Source of the DNA: a virus
Lineage: Duplodnaviria > Caudoviricetes
Strand: one strand, 5' to 3'
DNA: 64,000 nt
Virus record (IMG/VR): IMGVR_UViG_3300035180_001680
The first letter of the stretch is position 1; each line of letters begins with the position of its first letter. A program made the translations under genes and the position numbers. Positions 29,785 to 38,919 of the stretch are shown one piece after another. The notes below the pieces were generated by a model, which saw only the letters and a program-made list of their open reading frames with translations, made no database searches and had not been told where the DNA came from.

Positions 29785-30777
29785 ATGTCATGTAGCGAAG
29801 GAACAGGATGCTGTGGTAATTGTGTGGATTCATCAACTGAAACCAATCTTTCAGATATTCAACATCAAAAGTCGCAACTTAAATCGTTTGATTGGGATTT
29901 AAAAGTTACAAAAGATGATATTCCAGATCCACAAAATTTACATTTTAATGAACACGCCCAAGTTAGGATTCCAAAAGTTGGAATTAAGAGTTTGGTGCTT
30001 CCACTAAACGTTAAGCGTCGTGCTGGAGATGTTATTACTGTTAAGGGTGATATAAGTGCTTACGTATCATTAGACGATGTTCATGCTCGGGGTATTAATA
30101 TGTCACGGTTAGCACGTTGTTTTTATGACCATGTAGACGGGAAAGGAAGTATTGAATTACTTGATTTGATTAAAGTCGTCGAAGATTATAAGGAAAAGTT
30201 ACCAGCAGTGGAAGGATATTTGAAAGTTCGCTTTGATTATCCATATAAACAGAAACACTGGCGTGAAGAACATTCCGGTTGGTTATACTATCCAACTGAA
30301 TTCGAAATTCAAGACGTTGACGGTGTACTGAAAACATACATAACTATCGTTTACACATATAACAGTGCCTGTCCATGTTCATATGAATTGGCACGTTATT
30401 CTCGTGAACAACTGGATACACCAGCAATTTCTCATTCACAACGAAGTGAAGCAACTATTAAGATTGAATTTGATCCATATTGTAATGATTTATTGTGGAT
30501 TGAGGATATTGTTGATCTTTGTCGTAAAATTCAACCATCAGAAGTATTATCGGGTATTGTAACTCGTGTTGGTGAATTTAGTATGGCTCAAATGGTTGGT
30601 AGTAATGACGCAATCGGGTTTATTGAAGATTTGTTGAGAAAGTTCTGGAAAGGTCTCAATGATGAACCAAGAATCACGGATTTTTCAGTAGGATTATGTC
30701 ACTTTGAAGCACTGAATGCTAACTTCGCGGTAGGATTTATTAATAAATCTCTGAAGTCAGGTGTTGGGTTGAGTTAA
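29785..30777 (+). CDS. folE2: GTP cyclohydrolase IB (FolE2)
   Basis: KVGI..RGINMSR..SACPCS..HSQRS. Confidence 0.88.
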   Translation: MSCSEGTGCCGNCVDSSTETNLSDIQHQKSQLKSFDWDLKVTKDDIPDPQNLHFNEHAQVRIPKVGIKSLVLPLNVKRRAGDVITVKGDISAYVSLDDVHARGINMSRLARCFYDHVDGKGSIELLDLIKVVEDYKEKLPAVEGYLKVRFDYPYKQKHWREEHSGWLYYPTEFEIQDVDGVLKTYITIVYTYNSACPCSYELARYSREQLDTPAISHSQRSEATIKIEFDPYCNDLLWIEDIVDLCRKIQPSEVLSGIVTRVGEFSMAQMVGSNDAIGFIEDLLRKFWKGLNDEPRITDFSVGLCHFEALNANFAVGFINKSLKSGVGLS

Positions 30778-30778
30778 T

Positions 30779-30802
30779 AAAAAGGGGCCTAGGCCCCTTT
30801 TT
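30779..30802. terminator. Bidirectional intrinsic terminator at the strand switch
   Basis: AAAAAGGGGCCTAGGCCCCTTTTT. Confidence 0.85.
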
Positions 30803-31376
30803 AACTATGCAGTCTACTGGTTTCTGGAACATTCTGCATTAAATATTCCATCTGGTCAGCCAGAATCTTTCTGTTTGCAAGAATCAAAAATTCACTCTTT
30901 ACGGGGACATATGGAACATACAACAATTCCATGTTTGCACCTTGAGGAGTTCTGTCAGCCTTCCTATGGTTACAACTTTTGCAAGCGGATACCAAATTCA
31001 TCCACGTGTCTTTTCCATGCATCCGTTGGGGGATGATATGGTCACGAGTTAAACTATCTTCCGAGAAAGGACGTCCACAGTACGCACAGATGTGGCGATC
31101 TCGACGAAAAATTAATTTACTTGACAATGGTGGTTCCTTTGCAACTCTTTTCCATGTTTTCCCAACGTCCATACCATCAACAGCAATGATGCTTTGTGTT
31201 GAAATTTTGGAACGTTCTCCTGTCATACGTGAAGTTCCACCCATAAAGGTATAGTCACTCTGGCCATGTTGCCAAGCAACAAGACCTTTTGCATGATAAA
31301 CAATTGCATCTTGCCACGTAACCCACTGTCGCGGCATTCCTGATGTGTCCAAAGTTAAGATCAACGGTGCGCTCAA
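30801..31376 (-). CDS. HNH endonuclease
   Basis: RDRHICAYCG..TRDHIIP..W.NLVSACKSCNHRK. Confidence 0.9.
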   Translation of the reverse strand: MSAPLILTLDTSGMPRQWVTWQDAIVYHAKGLVAWQHGQSDYTFMGGTSRMTGERSKISTQSIIAVDGMDVGKTWKRVAKEPPLSSKLIFRRDRHICAYCGRPFSEDSLTRDHIIPQRMHGKDTWMNLVSACKSCNHRKADRTPQGANMELLYVPYVPVKSEFLILANRKILADQMEYLMQNVPETSRLHS

Positions 31377-31414
31377 TTTACTTCTCCAATATTAAATAAA
31401 GTTGTTCCGGAGGG

Positions 31415-31502
31415 CGGTGAATAGAGGAATTGAACCCCAACCTGTTTTTCAAGATCGATCTGTTTTCGAAACAGCCCCCAAGACCACAAGGGATTATTCA
31501 CC
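31415..31502 (-). tRNA. tRNA-Ser(CGA)
   Basis: Cloverleaf, loop TTCGAAA, long variable arm, G73; late promoter at 31511-31518. Confidence 0.75.
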
Positions 31503-31547
31503 ATAATATCTATTTATAGTAGCCCTTTTTGGGGGAAAGATCAACAG

Positions 31548-31883
31548 TTAATTTTGAGGAATTGGAAGAGTTTGCATTTCACGTTTATATCTATCCAACA
31601 ATGCTTTGTCAAGTGGAGTAGCTTGTTTAGTTTGAACTTTATATTCATACGTGAAAATGTAGTCGTCAAGTTGTTTCCGTCTCATCTCAATTCCTACGGA
31701 CCTTACTTGTTTTTGTATTTCGATCTGCTTTTGATCTTCTTGTTGGAATTGTTTGCTGACGTCAGTTGCATGAGCATATCTATCATCCACTGTATTAACA
31801 GCTACAAAAACACCCACCACTGAAACTAACATGCTTCCAGTAAGTTTCAATAAGTTCATCTTTTTTATGCTTTCTGTTATCAT
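31548..31883 (-). CDS. Small membrane-anchored protein
   Basis: Single hydrophobic segment followed by coiled coil. Confidence 0.6.
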   Translation of the reverse strand: MITESIKKMNLLKLTGSMLVSVVGVFVAVNTVDDRYAHATDVSKQFQQEDQKQIEIQKQVRSVGIEMRRKQLDDYIFTYEYKVQTKQATPLDKALLDRYKREMQTLPIPQN

Positions 31884-31891
31884 AATATTTC

Positions 31892-32287
31892 CTATAGAAC
31901 TGCGATAATAACAACTTTTCCTGTATAAGTTTTAGTGAAATCAATTTGAATGTTGTTAGCGTCTATTACAGTAATTGATAAGGGGGAAATTATTACTTGA
32001 GAAGCCCCATCGTCCACATATACCGTAAATTGTAAGTTTGAGTTGTTTAAATTATGATTAATAGACCATGAAGAAGAAGGTGTTGTTACGGTCCCCACAA
32101 ATCCAGTAGTGTTTCCTGAAACGACTTGATTCCAGTTTGTTCCGTCGTGGAAATATAATCCAGCACCGCTTCCAGTCTTGAAAAATAATTCCCCAACATT
32201 TGGTGTTCCAGGGAAAGCTGAATTGTGGTCAATCGTTAAATTGACAACGTCCGACCCTTCAGCAATTTCAATACCATAATGTTTCAT
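31892..32287 (-). CDS. Small virion structural protein
   Basis: FP..P.VGELFF, W.INHNL motifs; ATAAATA upstream. Confidence 0.6.
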   Translation of the reverse strand: MKHYGIEIAEGSDVVNLTIDHNSAFPGTPNVGELFFKTGSGAGLYFHDGTNWNQVVSGNTTGFVGTVTTPSSSWSINHNLNNSNLQFTVYVDDGASQVIISPLSITVIDANNIQIDFTKTYTGKVVIIAVL

Positions 32288-32317
32288 ATAATAACCCCAA
32301 TATTAAAGTTATTTATG

Positions 32318-32353
32318 AAAATAGTGAAATCCCCGAAGGGATTTCACTATTTT
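32318..32353. terminator. Intrinsic terminator after the bS21 gene
   Basis: AAAATAGTGAAATCCC-CGAA-GGGATTTCACTATTTT. Confidence 0.85.
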
Positions 32354-32361
32354 GTGAAACA

Positions 32362-32571
32362 TCAATACAATTTTTTGATTAACTGGTGTTTTTGGAGTTC
32401 ACGAAGTTGTCTGCTTACCGCCGCCGCTTTTTTTCGTTTACGTTCAACTGTTGGTTTTTCATAAGATTCTCTCGCTCGAAGTTCTTTGAGTAAACCAGAT
32501 TGATCTACAACTCTCTTAAAACGTTGAATGGCGCGATCGATGTTTTCATTTTCTTTTACATAAACTTTCAT
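32362..32571 (-). CDS. rpsU: Ribosomal protein bS21
   Basis: [36 protein letters not shown]. Confidence 0.93.
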   Translation of the reverse strand: MKVYVKENENIDRAIQRFKRVVDQSGLLKELRARESYEKPTVERKRKKAAAVSRQLRELQKHQLIKKLY

Positions 32572-32593
32572 ACTGTTTCCTTTTTATTAGTTG

Positions 32594-33169
32594 TTAAACT
32601 TCTTTTTCGAATGGAAATACCACCCATCCAAAATCTTTGGGGATTATGTGTCCTACATAATCTGGGGCGAATACTGCTGATTCTTTATGATACAAAGCAG
32701 CTGTAGTAACTTCAAATTTTTGTGACTTTAAAATATCAACGATTTCTTTAAACGTGTGTCCACTATCAACAATATCATCAACCAGAAGAACTTTTGTTGG
32801 TTTGAGATTATATTTATTGTGTAATATCCATTTTGGTATATTATTTAATGACTGTTTTCCACCTTGTCCTTTTTTTGATGAGTATTCCAGTGGTTTAAAT
32901 GGGATACCAAATTGATGAGAAATTATAACACCTGGAAGTAGTCCTCCTCTTGATAACCCAACAATCAAATCAAAATTCGTTTTTTGTGTTTGAATATCAT
33001 CCCATATTTTAATACTTAATGCGTGAATGTAATCATATGTTGGATGAGATAGAATTAAAGGTACATTTTCATTCTGTTTTCTTTTGTGATATGCCAATGC
33101 ACCTTCATACTTACCATCATTAACCAAAGTACAGTTCCCAGGTTTTTTATCTTGATATATTTTTTCCAT
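32594..33169 (-). CDS. Type I phosphoribosyltransferase (purine PRT-like)
   Basis: GLSRGGLLPG, VLLVDDIVDSGHT, WVVFPFE. Confidence 0.88.
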   Translation of the reverse strand: MEKIYQDKKPGNCTLVNDGKYEGALAYHKRKQNENVPLILSHPTYDYIHALSIKIWDDIQTQKTNFDLIVGLSRGGLLPGVIISHQFGIPFKPLEYSSKKGQGGKQSLNNIPKWILHNKYNLKPTKVLLVDDIVDSGHTFKEIVDILKSQKFEVTTAALYHKESAVFAPDYVGHIIPKDFGWVVFPFEKEV

Positions 33170-33172
33170 ATG

Positions 33173-33787
33173 TTAATCTTCCAAAAATGATCTACATAGT
33201 GTTTTTGCTGTTCTCACTACAGCCAGTGAAGCTTTTGCATCTTCAAGAGCGTTGTGTGCTGCTCTTTGAACACCTACAAGTTCAAACACGTCATCAGAAT
33301 TAAAACAATCAAATACTGTCCATCCCACTGTACTGGTATCAATAAACCTGTTTCCACTTGTAAATTCAAGATCAAATTTTCGGAATAGTTGACGCATAAA
33401 CCAAATATCAAATGTAGCTACATTATGCCCCAAACATCTAACAGATCGCTGAGAACTGAATTCGGATTTGGGGTCCCAATATTTATAAACGAAATTTGCA
33501 ATTTGAACAAGTGCATCTTCTTCAGATAGTCCGAAAGTATCTAAATGTTGTTTCGTTAAACCGTGAATGGCTTCCGCCGTTTTGTTCCACTTTGATTCAC
33601 CATTCCACTTGATTTCAACATAGAGTTCGTCAATTTGTTTCAGCGTGGAAGCATCTGCTACTACCAATCCCCAAGACACAGCTTGATAGCCTATTGACGG
33701 GTCATCGCTATTAACAGCTAACCCACTTGTTTCACAGTCCATTGCAAGAACTTTTCCAAAATATCCTTTTGTTGATGCGTTACTCAT
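33173..33787 (-). CDS. DEDDh 3'-5' exonuclease
   Basis: MDCETSG, GHNVATFD, HNALEDA. Confidence 0.88.
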   Translation of the reverse strand: MSNASTKGYFGKVLAMDCETSGLAVNSDDPSIGYQAVSWGLVVADASTLKQIDELYVEIKWNGESKWNKTAEAIHGLTKQHLDTFGLSEEDALVQIANFVYKYWDPKSEFSSQRSVRCLGHNVATFDIWFMRQLFRKFDLEFTSGNRFIDTSTVGWTVFDCFNSDDVFELVGVQRAAHNALEDAKASLAVVRTAKTLCRSFLED

Positions 33788-33805
33788 TCCTTGTGTCCTT
33801 TATAA

Positions 33806-34966
33806 TTATACACCTATGTGTGGAGTATATATTTCTCCACCAATTTTTACATTAATTTGATGAATTTCTTCTACACTTAAGTCCATTGATTCACTGTGAT
33901 CCCAATAATTTTGGACACCTCGTGATATAACAACCAGTTTAGTTTTTTCAACATTCGTGGTGTTTATTGATACTAATTGAAATCTGGCTCCTGTATACCC
34001 AAATGCTGGTTTGATAGCGTAATATTGCCTTGTGATAAAAATAGGAATACGGAATTTTTCATAAAATTCTTGAACGCGTTCCTTTCCAACGGGTTGGAAT
34101 ATAACTTCTATATTATTTCGCTTAACTGGTTTATCCGTGATAAAATACACAAGTGTATAACGATCTTTTTCAATAAAAAGGTTTAATTCTTTTAAGGGAG
34201 GCTGCTTTGGTGTTTGGATTTTTGTAATAATTTCTGAAACGCTTAAATCAGAATAAAATTCAAAAACCGGATCACCCTTTTTAATGTTATTATAGTTCCA
34301 TACGTTAGTTGGGTCAACGATTCGTTTTATACAGAACTTTCGTTTTACGTTACACAAATCTGTGGTGGACATACGGCCTGATTTCTCGTCTGTGGAAACC
34401 AAATTATATGCACCGACGTATTCACATTCTAATCCACTGTGAAGTAAAATAATATCACCGATGTTAATATCTTTAATTGGGACTCGCGTCTTAACACGTT
34501 TTGTGTTCACTATAGCTTGTTCGTATGGTTCTGAATTAATTGGAAGTAAAACATTTTGAGCTTTATCTCTACCCCAAACACACTCCATCTTGATTTCACC
34601 GTTTTCTATGGTCGTGCAGTCAATAATTTTTGCAAAGTTTGACGAAGAAATTTCTAATTCGAATCCACGAGGGTCGACGATTCTCCAAACAACATTTCCT
34701 CCACCCCAATAAACACGGCGAACACTTTCTGCAATCTTAAAACCTGCTACAGGTGTGTTGTTAATAATAACGGGGTTTATAGAATCAGGTGTGGTTCCCC
34801 GGGTATTGAAGTTTGCCCACCTGTCAACAGTCTCTTTTCTTTTTTCGTATGCTTTCGTTCCTGGTTCGTGTGGAGTAGCAAATCCAAGAGGCAAAGACGA
34901 TTCGGCTTTATGTTGTTGTTTTAAACCTACATAAAATTGGTCGGGAATTTTAATTGAGATGCTCAT
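33806..34966 (-). CDS. Hypothetical protein
   Basis: 386-aa ORF, IVDPRGFELEISSSN. Confidence 0.75.
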   Translation of the reverse strand: MSISIKIPDQFYVGLKQQHKAESSLPLGFATPHEPGTKAYEKRKETVDRWANFNTRGTTPDSINPVIINNTPVAGFKIAESVRRVYWGGGNVVWRIVDPRGFELEISSSNFAKIIDCTTIENGEIKMECVWGRDKAQNVLLPINSEPYEQAIVNTKRVKTRVPIKDINIGDIILLHSGLECEYVGAYNLVSTDEKSGRMSTTDLCNVKRKFCIKRIVDPTNVWNYNNIKKGDPVFEFYSDLSVSEIITKIQTPKQPPLKELNLFIEKDRYTLVYFITDKPVKRNNIEVIFQPVGKERVQEFYEKFRIPIFITRQYYAIKPAFGYTGARFQLVSINTTNVEKTKLVVISRGVQNYWDHSESMDLSVEEIHQINVKIGGEIYTPHIGV

Positions 34967-35029
34967 TTAATATCATTCAGATGTCAGTATATTTTATATA
35001 TTACACTATATGTTTGTTGAAATCAACGC

Positions 35030-35305
35030 TCATTCATCTTCATCAACAATTCCAATGTGTTTTCGTCGAATAATTGCTCTTAAAGCGACTCCAAACGTGA
35101 AGCCTTTCATGAATTCTTCTTGTCTGTTTTGATCTTCATCAGGACAAGCTTCTGGGGGATTCGGCTTTTTGTTCGCTTCTCGGAATGCCGAATTGAACCC
35201 ATCTATATAATAATCAGAAGCTTTTGATAACAACTGTTGAAGTTCATCATGAAGTTGAGTTGCAATGAGAAAAATTTCCGTTTGGGAGGCTGTTGAATAT
35301 TTCAT
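35030..35305 (-). CDS. Hypothetical protein
   Basis: ORF in operon. Confidence 0.55.
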   Translation of the reverse strand: MKYSTASQTEIFLIATQLHDELQQLLSKASDYYIDGFNSAFREANKKPNPPEACPDEDQNRQEEFMKGFTFGVALRAIIRRKHIGIVDEDE

Positions 35306-35307
35306 AT

Positions 35308-35823
35308 TTATTTGTGGTATTTCTGTTCCATGGTTTTTGGAGTTCCGTCTTCGTTGAAACCGTAATCTCCATTATATTGAGATAATGCTTCTGCTTCCCA
35401 TAATAACATTTGACCTACTCTTGTTCCCGGTTTGATTTTCATTGGTCCACCATGAACATGTAAACATCCAGCCATTGAACCATTGTACCCACTATCATAA
35501 TTTCCTGATGTAATGAATACACCATTACGGTTTAGTGTTGATCGTGTAATAACAAAACCGGCTTCTGTTTCACCCATTTTGATAATATGATTGGTTGTAA
35601 TTTCGTAAGTTCCAGGTTCAAGAAACCAATAACCTTCTTCATCCAACGCTACTTCTTCTGTCTCACGATGTATTTTTGATTCTTCGTCAATTACGAATAA
35701 CGTCGGCTTGATTCGGCGAACTGTTTTTAATCGAAGATCAACAGCGTTTTGTTGAATACAATCTGCGTCTAAATTTGTTAATTCCGTTTTACTTTTTGAT
35801 GATGCAGCATGAACCATACTCAT
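35308..35823 (-). CDS. dCTP deaminase / trimeric dUTPase family protein
   Basis: NAVDLR, RSTLNRNG, YDSGYNG, G.RVGQ. Confidence 0.85.
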   Translation of the reverse strand: MSMVHAASSKSKTELTNLDADCIQQNAVDLRLKTVRRIKPTLFVIDEESKIHRETEEVALDEEGYWFLEPGTYEITTNHIIKMGETEAGFVITRSTLNRNGVFITSGNYDSGYNGSMAGCLHVHGGPMKIKPGTRVGQMLLWEAEALSQYNGDYGFNEDGTPKTMEQKYHK

Positions 35824-35874
35824 AACTTAACTCCTTTTTATTATTGTTATTATACTTCTGTAAACCTTTTCTTA

Positions 35875-36054
35875 TTATTCTCGAATCCAGGTCATAAGTG
35901 TCCACATACTTATAGATCCAAGAAAGACCCCTAAAGCATACACAACTGACGTTTCTGTATTTAACGGCCCACCATACAACCCAAAGAACCCCACACTCCC
36001 GAATACCAAAGAAACACCAAGTGCAGTTAAACCACACATATCATTCTTGTGCAT
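35875..36054 (-). CDS. Small two-TM membrane protein
   Basis: Two hydrophobic segments; start uncertain. Confidence 0.45.
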   Translation of the reverse strand: MHKNDMCGLTALGVSLVFGSVGFFGLYGGPLNTETSVVYALGVFLGSISMWTLMTWIRE

Positions 36055-36895
36055 ACCAAACTCCACTGTCTTGCACTGTATCAAATAAACCAATAGTCAT
36101 TTTTACATTATGTTCAATTCTTTTTAAAGTTTCTTTGTCTTTTGTTAAAGGATAATCAAATTTAACAGGCATCTTTAACTTCTTTGTTGCCATATAACTA
36201 TCGGAATTTGTTGTATATTCATGACCGAGAATTGCAGCCCACACAGGTCCAGACGAATCAATCGTATCTAATGCTTGCATTCTCATTAGTGTGGGAATTT
36301 CCAATGCTGGTCCAGAATTTAATCCAAGATAATGGTGGTGTTTGTTGAAATTAAACAACCCTCTGTCAATCAACATTTGAGTCATTACGACTCTTGAGTA
36401 AGATGGGTCACACCAAGGAATAGCGTTTGGAACACCAAGAATAGACATTCCAATAATGTCAACATCGGAATTGTTAGCAGCCCAATCATATGAGGCGATC
36501 CAATCCGCCGTATCTCCGGTTACAGATTGTGGAACGAAGAAAGTTCCAAATCCAGCATCTTTGAATAATGGAATAAATTCTCTTGCAGCATCAATCGTTT
36601 TCGAAGAATGTTGAAAAGGATAATCTGGAAGAACTATAACATCAGCCCCACACTCGTGTCCCAATTCAATTAATTTTTCAGGTGAATATGGTTCTTTGAG
36701 TTCATAGGCTGAGTTGTCCATGATAATTAAGTCGTCTGATTCACTGAAATTTTTGTAGATTGATGCATACGTTTTGTCTTTTTCTACGAGATGAGCTAAC
36801 ACCAAATGTGTAGATGACAAAGCTGACATTTCAATATAATTAGTTGGAGCTATAAAACAGAATGATGGGGTGTAATCTTTTAATTGTTTTTTCAT
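36041..36895 (-). CDS. tRNA-guanine transglycosylase-like (DpdA-type) TIM-barrel protein
   Basis: IIMDNSAYE, ADVIVLPD, HHYLG, DTIDSS resemble TGT/DpdA motifs; adjacent to the DpdL-like gene. Confidence 0.6.
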   Translation of the reverse strand: MKKQLKDYTPSFCFIAPTNYIEMSALSSTHLVLAHLVEKDKTYASIYKNFSESDDLIIMDNSAYELKEPYSPEKLIELGHECGADVIVLPDYPFQHSSKTIDAAREFIPLFKDAGFGTFFVPQSVTGDTADWIASYDWAANNSDVDIIGMSILGVPNAIPWCDPSYSRVVMTQMLIDRGLFNFNKHHHYLGLNSGPALEIPTLMRMQALDTIDSSGPVWAAILGHEYTTNSDSYMATKKLKMPVKFDYPLTKDKETLKRIEHNVKMTIGLFDTVQDSGVWYAQE

Positions 36896-36904
36896 GTATA
36901 ATCC

Positions 36905-37309
36905 TTATATGGAGTCTCGAACGTATTTAATAATTGCCCCATTTTCGTTATCTTCACTTACATTAACATGCACGGTTCGATCAAATCCGTACTCATTTTG
37001 AATGTGTTTTAGTAATTCGTGGGCGAGCATCTCACAACTTTTATAATCCAAATCAAGTGTTTTCTGGTCATAAAGTCTTTCAATCCAACGTTTAAATTGG
37101 ATAAATTCGATATCCCTGTCTGCGTGGTAAACTTCTATGGTTACTTCAATATGGAAAATGTGCCTATGTAAGTGTCCTAAAAAACTTACATCTTTCCAAG
37201 CATTCTCGGGGTCATCCTTTGTGTTGAGTAAAGGATCTGTTAACGCTGCTGGATAACAGTGTATTCCTTCTTTTTGAGTTTTTACATAGATGAATGATTT
37301 TATTCCCAT
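36905..37309 (-). CDS. QueD-like T-fold protein, DpdL-type (candidate CDG decarboxylase)
   Basis: LGHLHRHIF fits the recalled LxxxHRHxF signature; DIEFIQFK; SCEMLA; VSEDNENG. Confidence 0.7.
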   Translation of the reverse strand: MGIKSFIYVKTQKEGIHCYPAALTDPLLNTKDDPENAWKDVSFLGHLHRHIFHIEVTIEVYHADRDIEFIQFKRWIERLYDQKTLDLDYKSCEMLAHELLKHIQNEYGFDRTVHVNVSEDNENGAIIKYVRDSI

Positions 37310-37364
37310 ATAATATCCTTTACATTTTAGATAGTATATGGGATTTTGAATAAAAATTCAACTA

Positions 37365-37859
37365 TTAATTTGTTGATAAGGAAAGACTGGTTTCGACGGG
37401 AATAAGAGAACCAACTGGAATATTTTCTGTAGATGTAACTGTATTTAATTTCCCATGTGAACGAACTGTTAGCACATAACCAATAATAACTGTATCTCCA
37501 GGAATCATGTTACAATGAACAACTGGTTGGGGTGAGTAAGGAGTTTGTGGACTTGCCAGTTCTTGCCCAGTGACTGTTCCAACGGCAGCACCAACACCCG
37601 TTGCAATCAATTTTCCACTACCTCCACCAATTGAGTGTCCAATAACACCACCAGCAATTGCTCCAAGAACTGCTCCAATATTTGAATTTTGTTGGATGTA
37701 TTGTTGTGGTGCTTTTCCTGTTTGATAATCATTGACGCATACTTGTCTCATACCTGTAGTTCCAAATTGAGGTTTTGAGGCGAGAACGTGAACGTATTCT
37801 GTTTCCGCATAACACAAACTACTCGACAGTAACAACACGCTTAATAGAATACTTTTCAT
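37365..37859 (-). CDS. Secreted glycine-zipper 2TM protein
   Basis: Signal peptide, GAVLGAIAGGVIGHSIGGGSGKLIATGVGA. Confidence 0.8.
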   Translation of the reverse strand: MKSILLSVLLLSSSLCYAETEYVHVLASKPQFGTTGMRQVCVNDYQTGKAPQQYIQQNSNIGAVLGAIAGGVIGHSIGGGSGKLIATGVGAAVGTVTGQELASPQTPYSPQPVVHCNMIPGDTVIIGYVLTVRSHGKLNTVTSTENIPVGSLIPVETSLSLSTN

Positions 37860-37930
37860 TTTTCAATCTCCTAATAGAAAATGGGGTTAATAACCCCATT
37901 ATCCCACTTTACCTTAAAAAGTCAACCGAA

Positions 37931-38917
37931 TTATAAGTCCAGATATTGCTTTAACGTCTCAACTCGCGAGGAAGATTCGTTTTCAAGTTCCGCCCAGCGT
38001 AGTATTCTTTTAATACCAGTTGCTTTATCTCTAAATTTCACCAAATGTGAACTTGTTAAGTCGTTGAACAATTTAACAAGTTCACCATTGGTTAAATTAT
38101 TCAGTTTGTTTTCAATTTGTTTAATATCTCTACGGTCTCCAGATTGTTTAGTTGGATACACACTTTTTTCAAAAACATCTTGTTTGTGGGCTGTTACAGA
38201 ATCAACTTCTCCATAAACTTCATATTTCCAACAACGTCCTTTAGTGTTGTTGTAGTCCCTCGGAATAGATACGACATCTGCTGGGTTGATTTTAACTAAA
38301 ACAACTCTTGTATAATTAGGATTACCACCGTAATTTTCGAGGTATGATTGAGAACAGAAGTGTAATCCTTTTGAGCAGGTATTATTTCGATTGTCGTCAA
38401 CTTGGTCCCTTGACATCTCACATATACTTCCTACAGAATTGTCAAAAGTTCCAGAGTATATATCTTTATAATCTAATCCAACTTTTTTGTAAGCAAGAAA
38501 ACAACCATCTTCAGTAATTGGCATATTTCCAGATTCCAAAAAATCATATAATTCATTAACGGCCGTTGAACTTGGATTTTGTAATAAATTTGCTAAAAAC
38601 TCCACCATTGGTTTAACATCAAAACCATCTTTCCACATTTTAAAAATTCGGGAAGTGAGTGTATTGTGAATCGTTTTACCACCATACGTAACGACTTCAT
38701 AGTCAAAATCTATGTAAAGTAAATTATTTTGTTGTTGGTTCATTTGTTTGTCAAACCAAGTTTTAATATTAAGAAGTGATTCAATGTTTTCCCAATCTTG
38801 GTTGCGAATAGCGTTATAGACTTCAGTGAAATTCCGGTGAGTCTGGTCAATTGTGTACGCTTTTGAATCAATCGTAATTGATATAAACGTGTCTGTCATA
38901 ATATAAGGGTAAGCCAT
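37931..38917 (-). CDS. rIIB: rIIB-like protein
   Basis: PITEDGCFLAYK..DDNRNNTCSKGLH..INPADVVSIP. Confidence 0.88.
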   Translation of the reverse strand: MAYPYIMTDTFISITIDSKAYTIDQTHRNFTEVYNAIRNQDWENIESLLNIKTWFDKQMNQQQNNLLYIDFDYEVVTYGGKTIHNTLTSRIFKMWKDGFDVKPMVEFLANLLQNPSSTAVNELYDFLESGNMPITEDGCFLAYKKVGLDYKDIYSGTFDNSVGSICEMSRDQVDDNRNNTCSKGLHFCSQSYLENYGGNPNYTRVVLVKINPADVVSIPRDYNNTKGRCWKYEVYGEVDSVTAHKQDVFEKSVYPTKQSGDRRDIKQIENKLNNLTNGELVKLFNDLTSSHLVKFRDKATGIKRILRWAELENESSSRVETLKQYLDL

Positions 38918-38919
38918 TT

